Below are positions 20,926-30,699 of a DNA stretch of 64,000 nucleotides, in pieces (the first letter of the stretch is position 1; every line of letters begins with the position of its first letter). The notes below the pieces were generated by a model that was not told the origin of the DNA, did not search any database, and saw nothing but the letters and a program-made list of their open reading frames with translations. This stretch comes from an uncultured delta proteobacterium (GTDB lineage Bacteria; Desulfobacterota; Desulfomonilia; Desulfomonilales; Desulfomonilaceae). The stretch is from assembly GCA_963789265.1 (NCBI GenBank), contig CAWBKB010000001.1, forward strand, positions 992,001-1,056,000, in the 5' to 3' direction. A program made the position numbers and the translations under genes.

Positions 20926-21819
20926 GTGAACCCGGAAATGGAGAAAATGATGAAAATGCAATTGAAGAAGCTTCTCTGGATCGTCCCGGGTGCTTTGATC
21001 ATAATCGGAGCAAATTATGCCTATGCTCAAGATTTGGGCGGAATGACCGCCAGAGATATGCTTCTGAAAATCAGGACGATGAATACCCAGCAATTGAATC
21101 AGATCGTACGCAACATGGATGGCGGTACCATGGCACAGATTCTGCGGAACATGGACCCGTACACCATGAGCCAGATTGTTCGTAGTCTAGACCCGAGAAC
21201 CATGTCCGAAATAGCCAAGAGATTACTTGTCGAATTAGCGCACGCAAGGTCTCACTCCGTGGCCGCGAGACTGAGAACCCCGGAAGCAACACAACCGTCG
21301 GTCGGTACCGCAAGAGTTGACATAACGAAATCCGCTTCCACCGCTCCAGAGAGATCGAATCGGGCCCAGGATCGGGCGTCGCGCTGCGCGGAGGACGAGC
21401 CGATGGACCTGGGCGGAATAGCCATCATTGCTCATCCTTCAAACCCGTTGAACGAGCTGACTCCGAACCAGATTCGCAAGATCTACACCGGAGAATACAG
21501 CAACTGGAGTCAGGTGGGCGGCCCGAATCTGGCAGTCAAAGTCATGATCGTGGGTGAAGGGCCTGAAGGTTGGGTCAAGCCGGCTCCTGATGCCATTGTA
21601 TCCACCTTCGCCACCAGTGTGTTTCTGGGTGTAGCCGCCACTCATGGCGCCGTGGGCTTTGTCCCTATGATCCAGTCTCGGCAACTGAGGTTCATAGGCG
21701 GGAACAACGCGGTTAAAACTATGGCGGTGAAGACCTATTTGCACTCTCGACAACATAAACCGGCTAGTTCCGCTTCAACCAATGCCGGGGTAGATTTCAT
21801 TCTGGCCTGCGGTCGGTAA
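20926..21819 (+). CDS. Exported protein with 12-aa helical repeats and a partial phosphate-binding (PBP/PstS-like) domain
   Basis: Signal peptide; QIVRNMD-type repeats; GIAIIAHPSNPLNELTPNQIRKIYTGEYSNWSQVGG. Confidence 0.6.
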   Translation: MNPEMEKMMKMQLKKLLWIVPGALIIIGANYAYAQDLGGMTARDMLLKIRTMNTQQLNQIVRNMDGGTMAQILRNMDPYTMSQIVRSLDPRTMSEIAKRLLVELAHARSHSVAARLRTPEATQPSVGTARVDITKSASTAPERSNRAQDRASRCAEDEPMDLGGIAIIAHPSNPLNELTPNQIRKIYTGEYSNWSQVGGPNLAVKVMIVGEGPEGWVKPAPDAIVSTFATSVFLGVAATHGAVGFVPMIQSRQLRFIGGNNAVKTMAVKTYLHSRQHKPASSASTNAGVDFILACGR

Positions 21820-21941
21820 ATGCTGAGGCATCTCATCGACGTCGTCTGAGGTCCCAAGCAGTCCCGGTGACTCCCCGGGGAAACAATCCATAACTGACAA
21901 AAGCGACAGCTCAGAAGCCAATTTGGCAAAGAAGGTCGGAC

Positions 21942-23396
21942 ATGCAACAGAGCAATGTTATCCCAATAACGTCGGTCCAGACGGTGAGTCCTCCCAGACG
22001 CAGGATAAACGCGCGAGAGGTGGTAGCGGATATCCAGTCCGGCATGGGTGATCTTCTTCTTATGGAAAAATACTCTCTGTCTTCCAAGGGACTTGGGAGT
22101 CTTTTCCGCAAGCTGTTCGCCGCCGGGTTGATCGGCCGGTCCGACCTTTCCGAAGAGGCCGAACAGGCCGAACAGGGAGAAGATTCCATCCAACTCAATG
22201 CCGTAAGATGTCCGGCATGCGGCATGCCCCAGTTCGGCTCGTTTGACGTGTGCCCTCAATGCGGGATCATAGTATCGAAGTTCCGAAGCCGACTACCCCA
22301 AATCGAGAAGGGGACGAATGGCACCTGTGTACCATCTGCGGTTAAGCCGGCTATCGGTCCTGCCTCCTATCGCAAAGGGCCGATGTTTCGCGTGGATCCG
22401 CAGCGGACCGGGTTTTACAACAGCCGGGGAGTCTTCAAGCTCAGCGCTTTGAAGTGGAAGTTCAAAGCAGAAGGCTGGGTTGCCTCGTCGCCGTCGGTCA
22501 GTGAAGGCACGGTCTACGTGGGCAGTTACGATGGCAATATGTATGCGCTGCTGTCTTCCACCGGAAAGCTGAACTGGCGTGTCGAGACCAAGGGGCCTGT
22601 CCATTCGTCCCCCGCCCTGACTGAGGGCCGGCTCTTTTTCGGAAGCCTCGACGGGAACTTCTACGCGGTCGAAGTCAAATCGGGGAAAACCAGATGGAAG
22701 TTCAAAACCGGCGGCCCTATCTACTCTTCGCCCGTGGTCAATAACGGGCAGGTATTCTTCGGAAGCTTGGACGGAAACGTCTATTCCGCGGAAGTCCATA
22801 CAGGGCGGATAGGCTGGCATTTCAGAACCAGAGGCCCGATCCATTCATCTCCGGGAATATGCGGTGGCATGCTCTGTTTCGGCAGCATGGACGGCGAGTT
22901 TTACGCGGTAGACCTACAAACGGGATGTCCGTCTTTTTCCTTCAAAACGCAAGGACCCGTCACGTGCGCCCCGGCCGTGAACGACGGCATGATTTTCTTT
23001 GGAAGCATGGACGGCATTTTCTATGCCGTGGATGTCAAGACAGGTCTGGAAAAATGGCATTTCAAGACCGGAGGCAAGATCACCTCGTCCCCTTCTATAG
23101 GCTACGGGATAGTTTACTTCGGTAGCCATGACGGCCGCCTTTACGCGGTGGACGTTTTGACCGGGCAGGAGAAGTGGCAATTCCAAGCGGACGGCCCGAT
23201 AGCGTCATCTCCCTCTATCGCTTATGGCATGCTGTATTTCGGCAGCAGCGACGGTCATCTGCACGCGCTCGATTTTACCAAGGGGGAGGAGAAATGGAAT
23301 TTCAAAACGGGCGGTGCCGTCTACAGTTCACCAACAATTTGCGACGGTACCGTCTATGTCGGCAGTGACGACGGATTCTTTTACGCATTGTACTGA
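21942..23396 (+). CDS. PQQ-like beta-propeller repeat protein with N-terminal conserved motif and Zn ribbon
   Basis: Eight WKFKTGG..SSP..G.VYFGS.DG repeats; CPACG..CPQCG. Confidence 0.88.
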   Translation: MQQSNVIPITSVQTVSPPRRRINAREVVADIQSGMGDLLLMEKYSLSSKGLGSLFRKLFAAGLIGRSDLSEEAEQAEQGEDSIQLNAVRCPACGMPQFGSFDVCPQCGIIVSKFRSRLPQIEKGTNGTCVPSAVKPAIGPASYRKGPMFRVDPQRTGFYNSRGVFKLSALKWKFKAEGWVASSPSVSEGTVYVGSYDGNMYALLSSTGKLNWRVETKGPVHSSPALTEGRLFFGSLDGNFYAVEVKSGKTRWKFKTGGPIYSSPVVNNGQVFFGSLDGNVYSAEVHTGRIGWHFRTRGPIHSSPGICGGMLCFGSMDGEFYAVDLQTGCPSFSFKTQGPVTCAPAVNDGMIFFGSMDGIFYAVDVKTGLEKWHFKTGGKITSSPSIGYGIVYFGSHDGRLYAVDVLTGQEKWQFQADGPIASSPSIAYGMLYFGSSDGHLHALDFTKGEEKWNFKTGGAVYSSPTICDGTVYVGSDDGFFYALY

Positions 23397-23467
23397 TGCA
23401 CCAGGAACCATCCGCGAAATTGATAAATGATCGCTTCGATCCGCGGACTATGAACTGAGAGACTGAG

Positions 23468-23755
23468 ATGAGCGACGTTCAGAAGTGTTATAGTGTTGGA
23501 TTTAAGGCCAAGGTGGCGCTCGAGGCCATCAGAGGGGCGAAGACCGTTCCGGAAATAGCCATAGAGTTTGGAGTTCCACCAAGCCAGATCACCCAGTGGA
23601 AGAAGCAGGTTATAGATGAGCTTCCGAAAATATTGGCTGAGAACGCCGACAAGGAATACGGGGCGGCCCACGACTGGATTTCCCACTTGTATACAGAAAT
23701 TGGCGAGTTGATTCGCGAGCTTGACCGCGTGAAGAAGGCCGGGCGCGTCAGTTGA
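23468..23755 (+). mobile_element. IS3-family OrfA-like transposase HTH gene without OrfB (remnant)
   Basis: FKAKVALEAIRGAKTVPEIA.EFGV.PSQITQWKKQ..LYTEIGEL. Confidence 0.75.
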
Positions 23756-23921
23756 GGCGCGGCACGAGTTGACCGTGATTATGTCGAAACTATCTCAAAC
23801 TGCTTTGATGCCCGGAATAGTGCCGCAATAGCTGCCCGGCACTGAAGGAATTCTTGAGACAGTTTCGGATGCCGGTCTCACCGAAATCTGAGACCTGTCA
23901 TCGAGTTTGTGAAACAGAGCA

Positions 23922-24090
23922 CTAATTGCAGGTTTTCGTAGGTACGGTGTTGTTAAGAACCCGGGCCGGAAGAAGATTGCTTCGCTGCGCTCGCAATGAC
24001 AGGTAGTGGGCATGTCATTGCGAGGAGAGAAACGACGAAGCAATCTCTACCGTGAAAATCCGCGACCGACCTTACGAAAACCTGTACTAA
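23922..24090. mobile_element. MITE-like element with internal GTCATTGCGAG hairpins
   Basis: Ends CAGGTTTTCGTAGG / CCTTACGAAAACCTG; inverted sister copy at 58433-58600. Confidence 0.7.
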
Positions 24091-24797
24091 GACCTGTAGC
24101 AGGCAATTGACCCTCTATTGGTTGTATGGGATATGATTTCCACGGCTGCGAAGCCCGCTCGTTGAAACAAAGCGGTTAACCCCGCCACATTCGGAAACCA
24201 CCAATTATAATTTCTCTCCTTTTCGCCAAGGGAATGGGGAAGGCTTTCATATCCCGGAAAAACGAACTCCCAAACAGGCTTGTCAGCGAGGAGGGAAGAA
24301 CCAAGGAGCGCTGATTCGACAATCGCTGTGTGGGCAGTAACAGAAGCCACATTTTCCGCGGCGCGAAAAGGGTCTGCACAATGGTAGATGACTCCAAGAC
24401 ACAGCACGATGTCAAATTTTCTCGCCAGGTCGGGAATTTCGTAGATGCTCATATTTCTATAATCGATGTCCAGTCCGAGAACATCCCGCACAAATTCGGC
24501 CTGCTTGAGGAAACCGGGAGAGGTGTCGATCCCCAGCACATGGTCGGCGTTCCTCTGTTTGGCCGCTATGCTGAAGAAACCCGCATTACACCCTATGTCC
24601 AGAACCGTCTTTCCCGACAGATCGGCAGGGATGTACCGCTGAATCTGGGACAAGAGGTTCCGGAGGTGGGGGACCGATTCTCTCGTGCTGACGCCGCTTC
24701 CCAGTTCGATGCAGTGGAACCAGCCCTCCGGCTTGCCTAATTCCTGGATTTTGCGCAGCAATTCTGCGGACGTGTACTTCTGTGCGGATTTGCTCAT
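24087..24797 (-). CDS. Class I SAM-dependent methyltransferase (CmoB/DUF1698-like)
   Basis: VLDIGCNAGFF and FDIVLCLGVIYH motifs. Confidence 0.85.
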   Translation of the reverse strand: MSKSAQKYTSAELLRKIQELGKPEGWFHCIELGSGVSTRESVPHLRNLLSQIQRYIPADLSGKTVLDIGCNAGFFSIAAKQRNADHVLGIDTSPGFLKQAEFVRDVLGLDIDYRNMSIYEIPDLARKFDIVLCLGVIYHCADPFRAAENVASVTAHTAIVESALLGSSLLADKPVWEFVFPGYESLPHSLGEKERNYNWWFPNVAGLTALFQRAGFAAVEIISHTTNRGSIACYRS

Positions 24798-24975
24798 GAT
24801 GGTAATTTGCGCCAGTTAGACCGGCATCCTGCCGGTCATTTGTCATCTCGTACTCCCGGTCCGGAGGTAATAGGGGCTACCCGCGGAGGCGGGATCGCCT
24901 CGGGCGAATGCATTCGTCCCCAGACATTACCGCGGTTGCGGGACTGCCGGCCCGGGACACTATTCCAGGGGACAT

Positions 24976-26073
24976 CTAGACATTTACGAATTTCGCCTCG
25001 TTCTCGGGGCCTCTTTCCCAAAGACTTGCTACTTTATAGTGAATAAATTCCTCATATCTGAAAGCCAGGAAACTCAGCAACGGGCACAGCAGGCAACAGA
25101 CAAAGAAAAAAAAGACAACCGACGTCATGTCCACGTGCAGATAATCCCGTGCGATACGGATGAAATCCATGTCCATGTCGCCACCTTTTGCCCCAAGGTA
25201 CTCTGCCCGATACGAAGCGCTGGTCAATAGTCTATAGGCCATTCCAAGGTCTGAGAAGACGATAAAAAAGCCCGTTATCGCATACAGCGGTCGTTCCGCT
25301 GGATGAACTATCGCTCGTCCGCTCAGAGACCTATAAATAAACAACCCCGCAATAACCAGTTCCGTGCCGTGGCCCATAAACAAGATTGTTATGTAATGAA
25401 GCGAGGTATAACTGAAAAACGCATGCACGGCAATCACCGCGATCAAAAATATCACCGTGGCCTTATTATTCCTGTACATGTAAATGAGCCCGGCAAGGGT
25501 AGCGTAAATTCCGATCAACAGAACGACAGATCGGCCTGCGTGCAGCGTGACCCCGCCGCCGTACATAACATCAAAAGCTGGTAGGGACGGGTATCCGAAA
25601 ATCCAGCCGAATATGCAGTGTCCCATCTCGTGGACAAGGGTCTTGAAGATCTCCAATGTCCATCGGAACCAGAAGAATACAAAGCAGACCAAGGCTATTC
25701 CCGGTCCCACCGCCAACATGATCCATTCCGGCTTATCCAGCCTGCGTATCTCCAGGGGTTCTTGATCCGCATCGTCGGTGATTGCATCTGCTTGCGTGGG
25801 CTTGGCCCCCACCTCGTACGTTTGTGCCCGGACTCCATGACCGATTGAGCCGGCTCGTCCGCCAATAAGGGACGGAGCCGCCACTGCTTCGGAAAATTCA
25901 TGTGACCCGGCGCCCAGTTCGCGATCTTTGAGCAATCCCGCGGCCGTCAGTTTGGCAATAACGCTCTCAAGACCCTTTGCAGTGATGGCATACTTATCCA
26001 TCAGCGCCGCAGGATCCACGCCCGCGTTGATATCGGCCAGTATTTCCTTTGCCTTAATGGTTCTCTTAGTCAT
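24976..26073 (-). CDS. Membrane zinc-metalloprotease-like (M50-type) protein with N-terminal conserved motif
   Basis: LVHEMGH in a TM region, several TM helices. Confidence 0.65.
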   Translation of the reverse strand: MTKRTIKAKEILADINAGVDPAALMDKYAITAKGLESVIAKLTAAGLLKDRELGAGSHEFSEAVAAPSLIGGRAGSIGHGVRAQTYEVGAKPTQADAITDDADQEPLEIRRLDKPEWIMLAVGPGIALVCFVFFWFRWTLEIFKTLVHEMGHCIFGWIFGYPSLPAFDVMYGGGVTLHAGRSVVLLIGIYATLAGLIYMYRNNKATVIFLIAVIAVHAFFSYTSLHYITILFMGHGTELVIAGLFIYRSLSGRAIVHPAERPLYAITGFFIVFSDLGMAYRLLTSASYRAEYLGAKGGDMDMDFIRIARDYLHVDMTSVVFFFFVCCLLCPLLSFLAFRYEEFIHYKVASLWERGPENEAKFVNV

Positions 26074-26141
26074 GAAAACGCCCGAAAGCTGCTTTGTAGC
26101 GAGGGTCGGCATAAACAACGACGCCTATTCCATGTCTCTCT

Positions 26142-27389
26142 TTATTCCATGCCGATCTCTTTGAAAAAGCCGATCACCGCTTCTTTACACACGTTTGGGG
26201 CTCGAAATACAGCGTAATGGGCCAGAGGACTTTGAAAACCAACCAGTTTTGCGTCTCTAATCATTGAAGCGGCCTTTTCAGCCAGCACGTAGCGGAGCCA
26301 CTGGTCATTCTTCACATGGATGATCAGAGTTTTCGCTTTGATGCGGCCGAGTTGATCGTTGATATCATAGTCGCGAAGGCACTGGTTCCTGAAAATCAGG
26401 TCATCCACGTCAAAGTTTTTCGCCTTGGATACCAAGTTGGCGCCTTCGTCATCTTTGGGCTTCCAATAAAAGACCTCTTTCTTTACATCGTCCCATTTTT
26501 GTTTCACCCGGTAATCAAAACTGAACCCGCTCTGTTGTAAAATGGACCAGCCAAACATCATGCCCTTGTTCGGATGCTGCTGTTTTGGAAGGTCATAGTA
26601 ATTCCCTTTGGTCTTTTGCCACACCGGATCGCTCTGCATGGCCGCGGTCATGAGCGTGAAAAGCCACCGCGAAACCGGGTCGGAGGCTGTGATTCCACCT
26701 ATGGGCATGATCGCTTCCGCGAAATCGGGGTGGAGCACAGCCAGGATATAGCTTTGAATGGCCCCCATAGAGACTCCGGTTGCAAGCTTTACCTTGGAAA
26801 TCCCCAGATGATCCTTGAGCAAACGGTAATTGGCTTGTACGCAATCCAGAATTGAATATCGAGGGAATTTCATCCCCAATCCGTCACTGGGCTTACTAGC
26901 CCCCCAGAGTCCCAAGGCGTCCAGGAATATTACATAGTATTTGTCGGTGTCGATCAATTTGCCCGGGCCAACAACCGGGCCTTTGGAAAATGCGTTCCCC
27001 TTTTGGCCGTCGTACCAGAAAAAATACATGAACGCCGAGTCCCCGGAGTAATAGGTGCTGATGATTACCGCGTTGTCAATATGGCCCTCCTTATCGCGTT
27101 TAGGGGTTCCGACGGCTATATACGACAACCGGAGCGGTTTGCGTCCCAACGATTCCAGGGTGACACCGCCTCCGCCGCCCAGTTCGAAGGAGGACTCATT
27201 TTTGAGGTCGTATTTTCCGCCGATGGCAAAGCTAGGGAGGACATAGTACTTTTTCAATGCGTCCAGCGCCGGGACTCCCGACAGTCGTGTAATGGGTTCT
27301 GCACAAGTGGCGGCCGTTGCGGCGGTGAGAATCAGAACAAATAGAACAGGAAGAATACGGCTCCAGACCTTGTCTAATGAGAATTTCAT
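26142..27389 (-). CDS. Exported alpha/beta hydrolase, homoserine acetyltransferase-like
   Basis: Signal peptide; IDTDKYYVI, GVSMG nucleophile elbow, C-terminal D and H. Confidence 0.75.
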   Translation of the reverse strand: MKFSLDKVWSRILPVLFVLILTAATAATCAEPITRLSGVPALDALKKYYVLPSFAIGGKYDLKNESSFELGGGGGVTLESLGRKPLRLSYIAVGTPKRDKEGHIDNAVIISTYYSGDSAFMYFFWYDGQKGNAFSKGPVVGPGKLIDTDKYYVIFLDALGLWGASKPSDGLGMKFPRYSILDCVQANYRLLKDHLGISKVKLATGVSMGAIQSYILAVLHPDFAEAIMPIGGITASDPVSRWLFTLMTAAMQSDPVWQKTKGNYYDLPKQQHPNKGMMFGWSILQQSGFSFDYRVKQKWDDVKKEVFYWKPKDDEGANLVSKAKNFDVDDLIFRNQCLRDYDINDQLGRIKAKTLIIHVKNDQWLRYVLAEKAASMIRDAKLVGFQSPLAHYAVFRAPNVCKEAVIGFFKEIGME

Positions 27390-27887
27390 AAGCCTACCCC
27401 CTTTCAGCGGTTATAACTAGCATGAGAAGCAAAGAGCGGAAGAAACGCCCTCATATCACCCACGGTTTGGCTGGAGACTATTTGACGGTAACATCATGAG
27501 CAACAGGAATCAAGATGGAACGACATAGGCCGATAGTCCCAGAATCTCCGATCGGCCCCAACGCAAGATTACTAATGATTTCAAGGGATAAGTGTAGAGC
27601 GTCTGGCCCGGACGGAAAGACGAGCGAGATTACCGGCTCTCGACGAAAAATAACCCCATATTGTCCACCTCAATATGCTATAATTCGCACCGTTTCCAAA
27701 ACAATCATCTATGACTTCTTTCTCGATCGAGTGAAATGTCAGGTGTCGGCACTGCGCCCACGACAAGGCAGGAATATGGGGCCGGTGGGGCTGCACGATC
27801 GCTACGGCGCGGAGGTGCCTCGCTTGACTGTGGCTAGGATGTGTCAGGGCAGCCCCTGACTTGAATGAATGAGGGGGTACGTGGCGA

Positions 27888-28902
27888 ATGGTCGACGAGG
27901 AGTTGCTCACCTTCTTGGGTGAGGGATGGGGTGAGGACGCGTCTGAACTGCTCGATAGAGAATCGCAATCCATCGAAGCGGCCGTTGTAAGCCAATCGGG
28001 TTCGGAAGACTTGACCGAGACAGGCAGTTTTGACCTTCGAGAGGCTAGAGAAACCGTCATTCATCAGACTTCTGCGAATACTGCCTATCCCCTTCTTGTT
28101 GGTCGACCGCTCACTCTTGATAGTCTTTGCAAGCAGGTCTCTGGGACCGGGCCCGGAAGGCCACCCTCATATTGCAGGAGGTCCTTTTCCTGCTCTGTTT
28201 CTGAGACATTCGGATCAGGAGAAGGCGGCTTCGCTGCTGCATGAGGTGTTTCTGAAAAGGAAACCTATGATTGCGCAAGGTCTGGTCCGGATAGGCAGCA
28301 AGAAGATCTTGGCAAAATTGCATCTGCGAGCCGTCAGGACCAATGAGGCCAGATTCGTTCTGGTTTTGATTGCAGATTCAACGGACGAAAGAAAGCACCT
28401 TGCCTTGGAGCAAAAATACAGCAAGCTCGTCCAGGACTACGAGAGTGCCAGGAAAAAATTGGAGCAAGACACCAAAGAATTGGAAGGCGCTAATGAAGCC
28501 CTTAGAGTTCTTATCGCCGGAATTGACGAGCAAAAGAAATCTGTGGCAGAAGAGATCAAAGACCATCTGACGATGGCAGTCAGACCTTTGCTGGAGCGTC
28601 TCAGGACCGAGACTCTCTCCAGCCGCGCTGAAGACCTGGTCGATTCTCTGGCGGCCGGCATGGACAATATACTAGCCTCCTCCGCGACAAAAGACCTGGG
28701 AAGCAGGTACCCGTTGACCTTGCGGGAGATGCGAATCTGCGAACTGATCTCGTCCGGGCTCAGTTCAAAGGAGATGGCCGGCATTATGGGAGTTTCTCCG
28801 CAGACCATCTTCTTCCACAGGTCGAACATTCGCAAGAAACTGGGATTGACCGGCACCGCGGACGATCTCGGAACGTATCTGAAGAAGAAAATCAGGGGCT
28901 GA
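27888..28902 (+). CDS. PAS-like plus LuxR-HTH regulator, 1-nt frameshift near 28041
   Basis: LTLREMRICELISSGLSSKEMA..HRSNIRKKL; N-terminal ORF joins at GSFDLR|RLEKPSF. Confidence 0.8.
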
Positions 28903-28923
28903 GAGGGGGCTGTCGGATCGGAA

Positions 28924-29293
28924 GTATACACTTACGCGTGGGAAAGATTGTCATTGCGAGTCCCGCGTCCCACGGGACGAAGCAATCCTTTTCTTATATA
29001 GCCGTTGCCAAAAGTAATGACCTCTTCAACACCCGTCACCCCGGCGAAGGCCGGGGTCCAGTCCCGCGAGGAACGCGGGATTGAAAAGACTGGATTCCGG
29101 CCTCCGCCGGAATGACGGTGTCAGGCGACCTCTAATCGGACAAAACTTTTGGCAATGGGTATAAACGCCGCTCAGATTGCTGGTGGGACGGGCATCTTGC
29201 CCGTCATCCCCAATAGACAGGCTGGAAGCCTGTCCCACTATGCACTCCTCGCAATGACAAGGGGTGGAATATCCCTGGCGTAAGTGAATGAGT
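28924..29293. mobile_element. Composite MITE: outer CACTTACG-ended element containing an inner TA-flanked element (28997-29163)
   Basis: Outer ends CACTTACGC / GCGTAAGTG; inner TIR TATAGCCGTTGCCAAAAGT / ACTTTTGGCAATGGGTATA; empty-site copy at 57494-57688. Confidence 0.75.
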
Positions 29294-29391
29294 ACATCGG
29301 GTCAATGCTGCAGCGCATGGGGACACAAGATCTATCGGGGGCATCCCTGATTTTCATCCGCTGGGGTTCGTTTTTATGCTGCCCGGTCGAG

Positions 29392-29940
29392 TTATTTCTC
29401 TGACGCGCAGCTAAACAATAGCAGCTTGGTCCAATCCCTGAGAGCCTTGCTGTCGCTGTCTGTAAGGCCGATTATCTCAAACCCGGCCACCACGTATTGT
29501 TTAACCTTCCCCTTGGTTTCAAGCCACTTGCATTGCGCTGTTACGGCCAAGGGTGCGCTACCGACGAACATTTCTATCGGGATCTGAAATATTTTGACTT
29601 GTCCGACAGATACATCAATTCCTGCCACCCTCAACCCCTTTTCCGAAATATCCCTCAATACACCTATCTTTGAATCCTCCAGATCACGTAGAGGCACGTA
29701 GAGGGGGATGTCTGCCCGGCAATGTTCCCGCGGTTTAATACTATCAGTTTTCTCTCTGTAAAATGGAGAACTCTCATAAAGTTCAGCGTGGCTGATGGCA
29801 TTGCGCTCTACAAGCTTCTCGAAAATGGTATGAAGGGCCGGGGAGGACAGTTTATATTTCACCTGCAATTCCCAATCAGCCATGCCTGTTCGAAGGTCTT
29901 CAATTAGGTGTCTGCCGTTAATTTGCCGCTTCTGTGCCAT
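29392..29940 (-). CDS. PilZ-domain protein with N-terminal conserved motif
   Basis: REHCR (RxxxR) and DISEKG (DxSxxG) c-di-GMP-binding motifs. Confidence 0.8.
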   Translation of the reverse strand: MAQKRQINGRHLIEDLRTGMADWELQVKYKLSSPALHTIFEKLVERNAISHAELYESSPFYREKTDSIKPREHCRADIPLYVPLRDLEDSKIGVLRDISEKGLRVAGIDVSVGQVKIFQIPIEMFVGSAPLAVTAQCKWLETKGKVKQYVVAGFEIIGLTDSDSKALRDWTKLLLFSCASEK

Positions 29941-30699
29941 CGCGCCTCCGATTGCAAGAAAAAGGTCCGCAAGCTCTTATCCAAAGAGATTGGCTCGCCC
30001 ACCGGCGAGTTCTGCCTCTTCGTTGCCCGGCTCTTCAAAAACTACACCAAGGGGCGGCATAGTTGTTCTGCATCCGGCCGGAAGAGTACCCCGGGGTGTT
30101 CCTTGGCCGGCAACATGGCCGAATTCCTTTTTTATCATACTTCCCTTTTTCGCGGGAAGTGCAGCCTATTTAGCCAAGGTCAAATTCTACGGCCGAAACA
30201 GGGGCCGCCGGTTCGGGTGACTCGATTCGGAAATTTGAGGGCATGCTGAGCTGGTTCTAGTGCCTGGGCCTATTACGCCCATATTAATGTTGCACAGTTT
30301 AGCTATGTTAGGCCGAATTGCAATGGCCCGAATATATCGCCCAAACCCAACCGAGCAATTTCCACCCGCAAGCGGTTTCAGGCGTCCTCTGACGAGCTAT
30401 GAGCCGAGAGATTAAGAACGCGTGAAAATTCGCAAACAGAGCTATATCCTCGATTATTCTTGTCGATCATTCCGAGAAGGTTCGCGGGTCTTCCGCTAAT
30501 AGTACCCGGGCCGGCAATACCACGCAGCCGCACCGACATAATAGATAACTTTGCGATATCAATATGGAGTTGCAGGACGCTGTTGTGGTCACACTGCTGT
30601 TGGCACCCTTCTTGCTCAGCTTCAAGACGACTGAAAGAAAGGGTCAATTGACCACGCCTTTCTTTCGGACCGCATTAATTGACCGTCGGAGAAACGACT

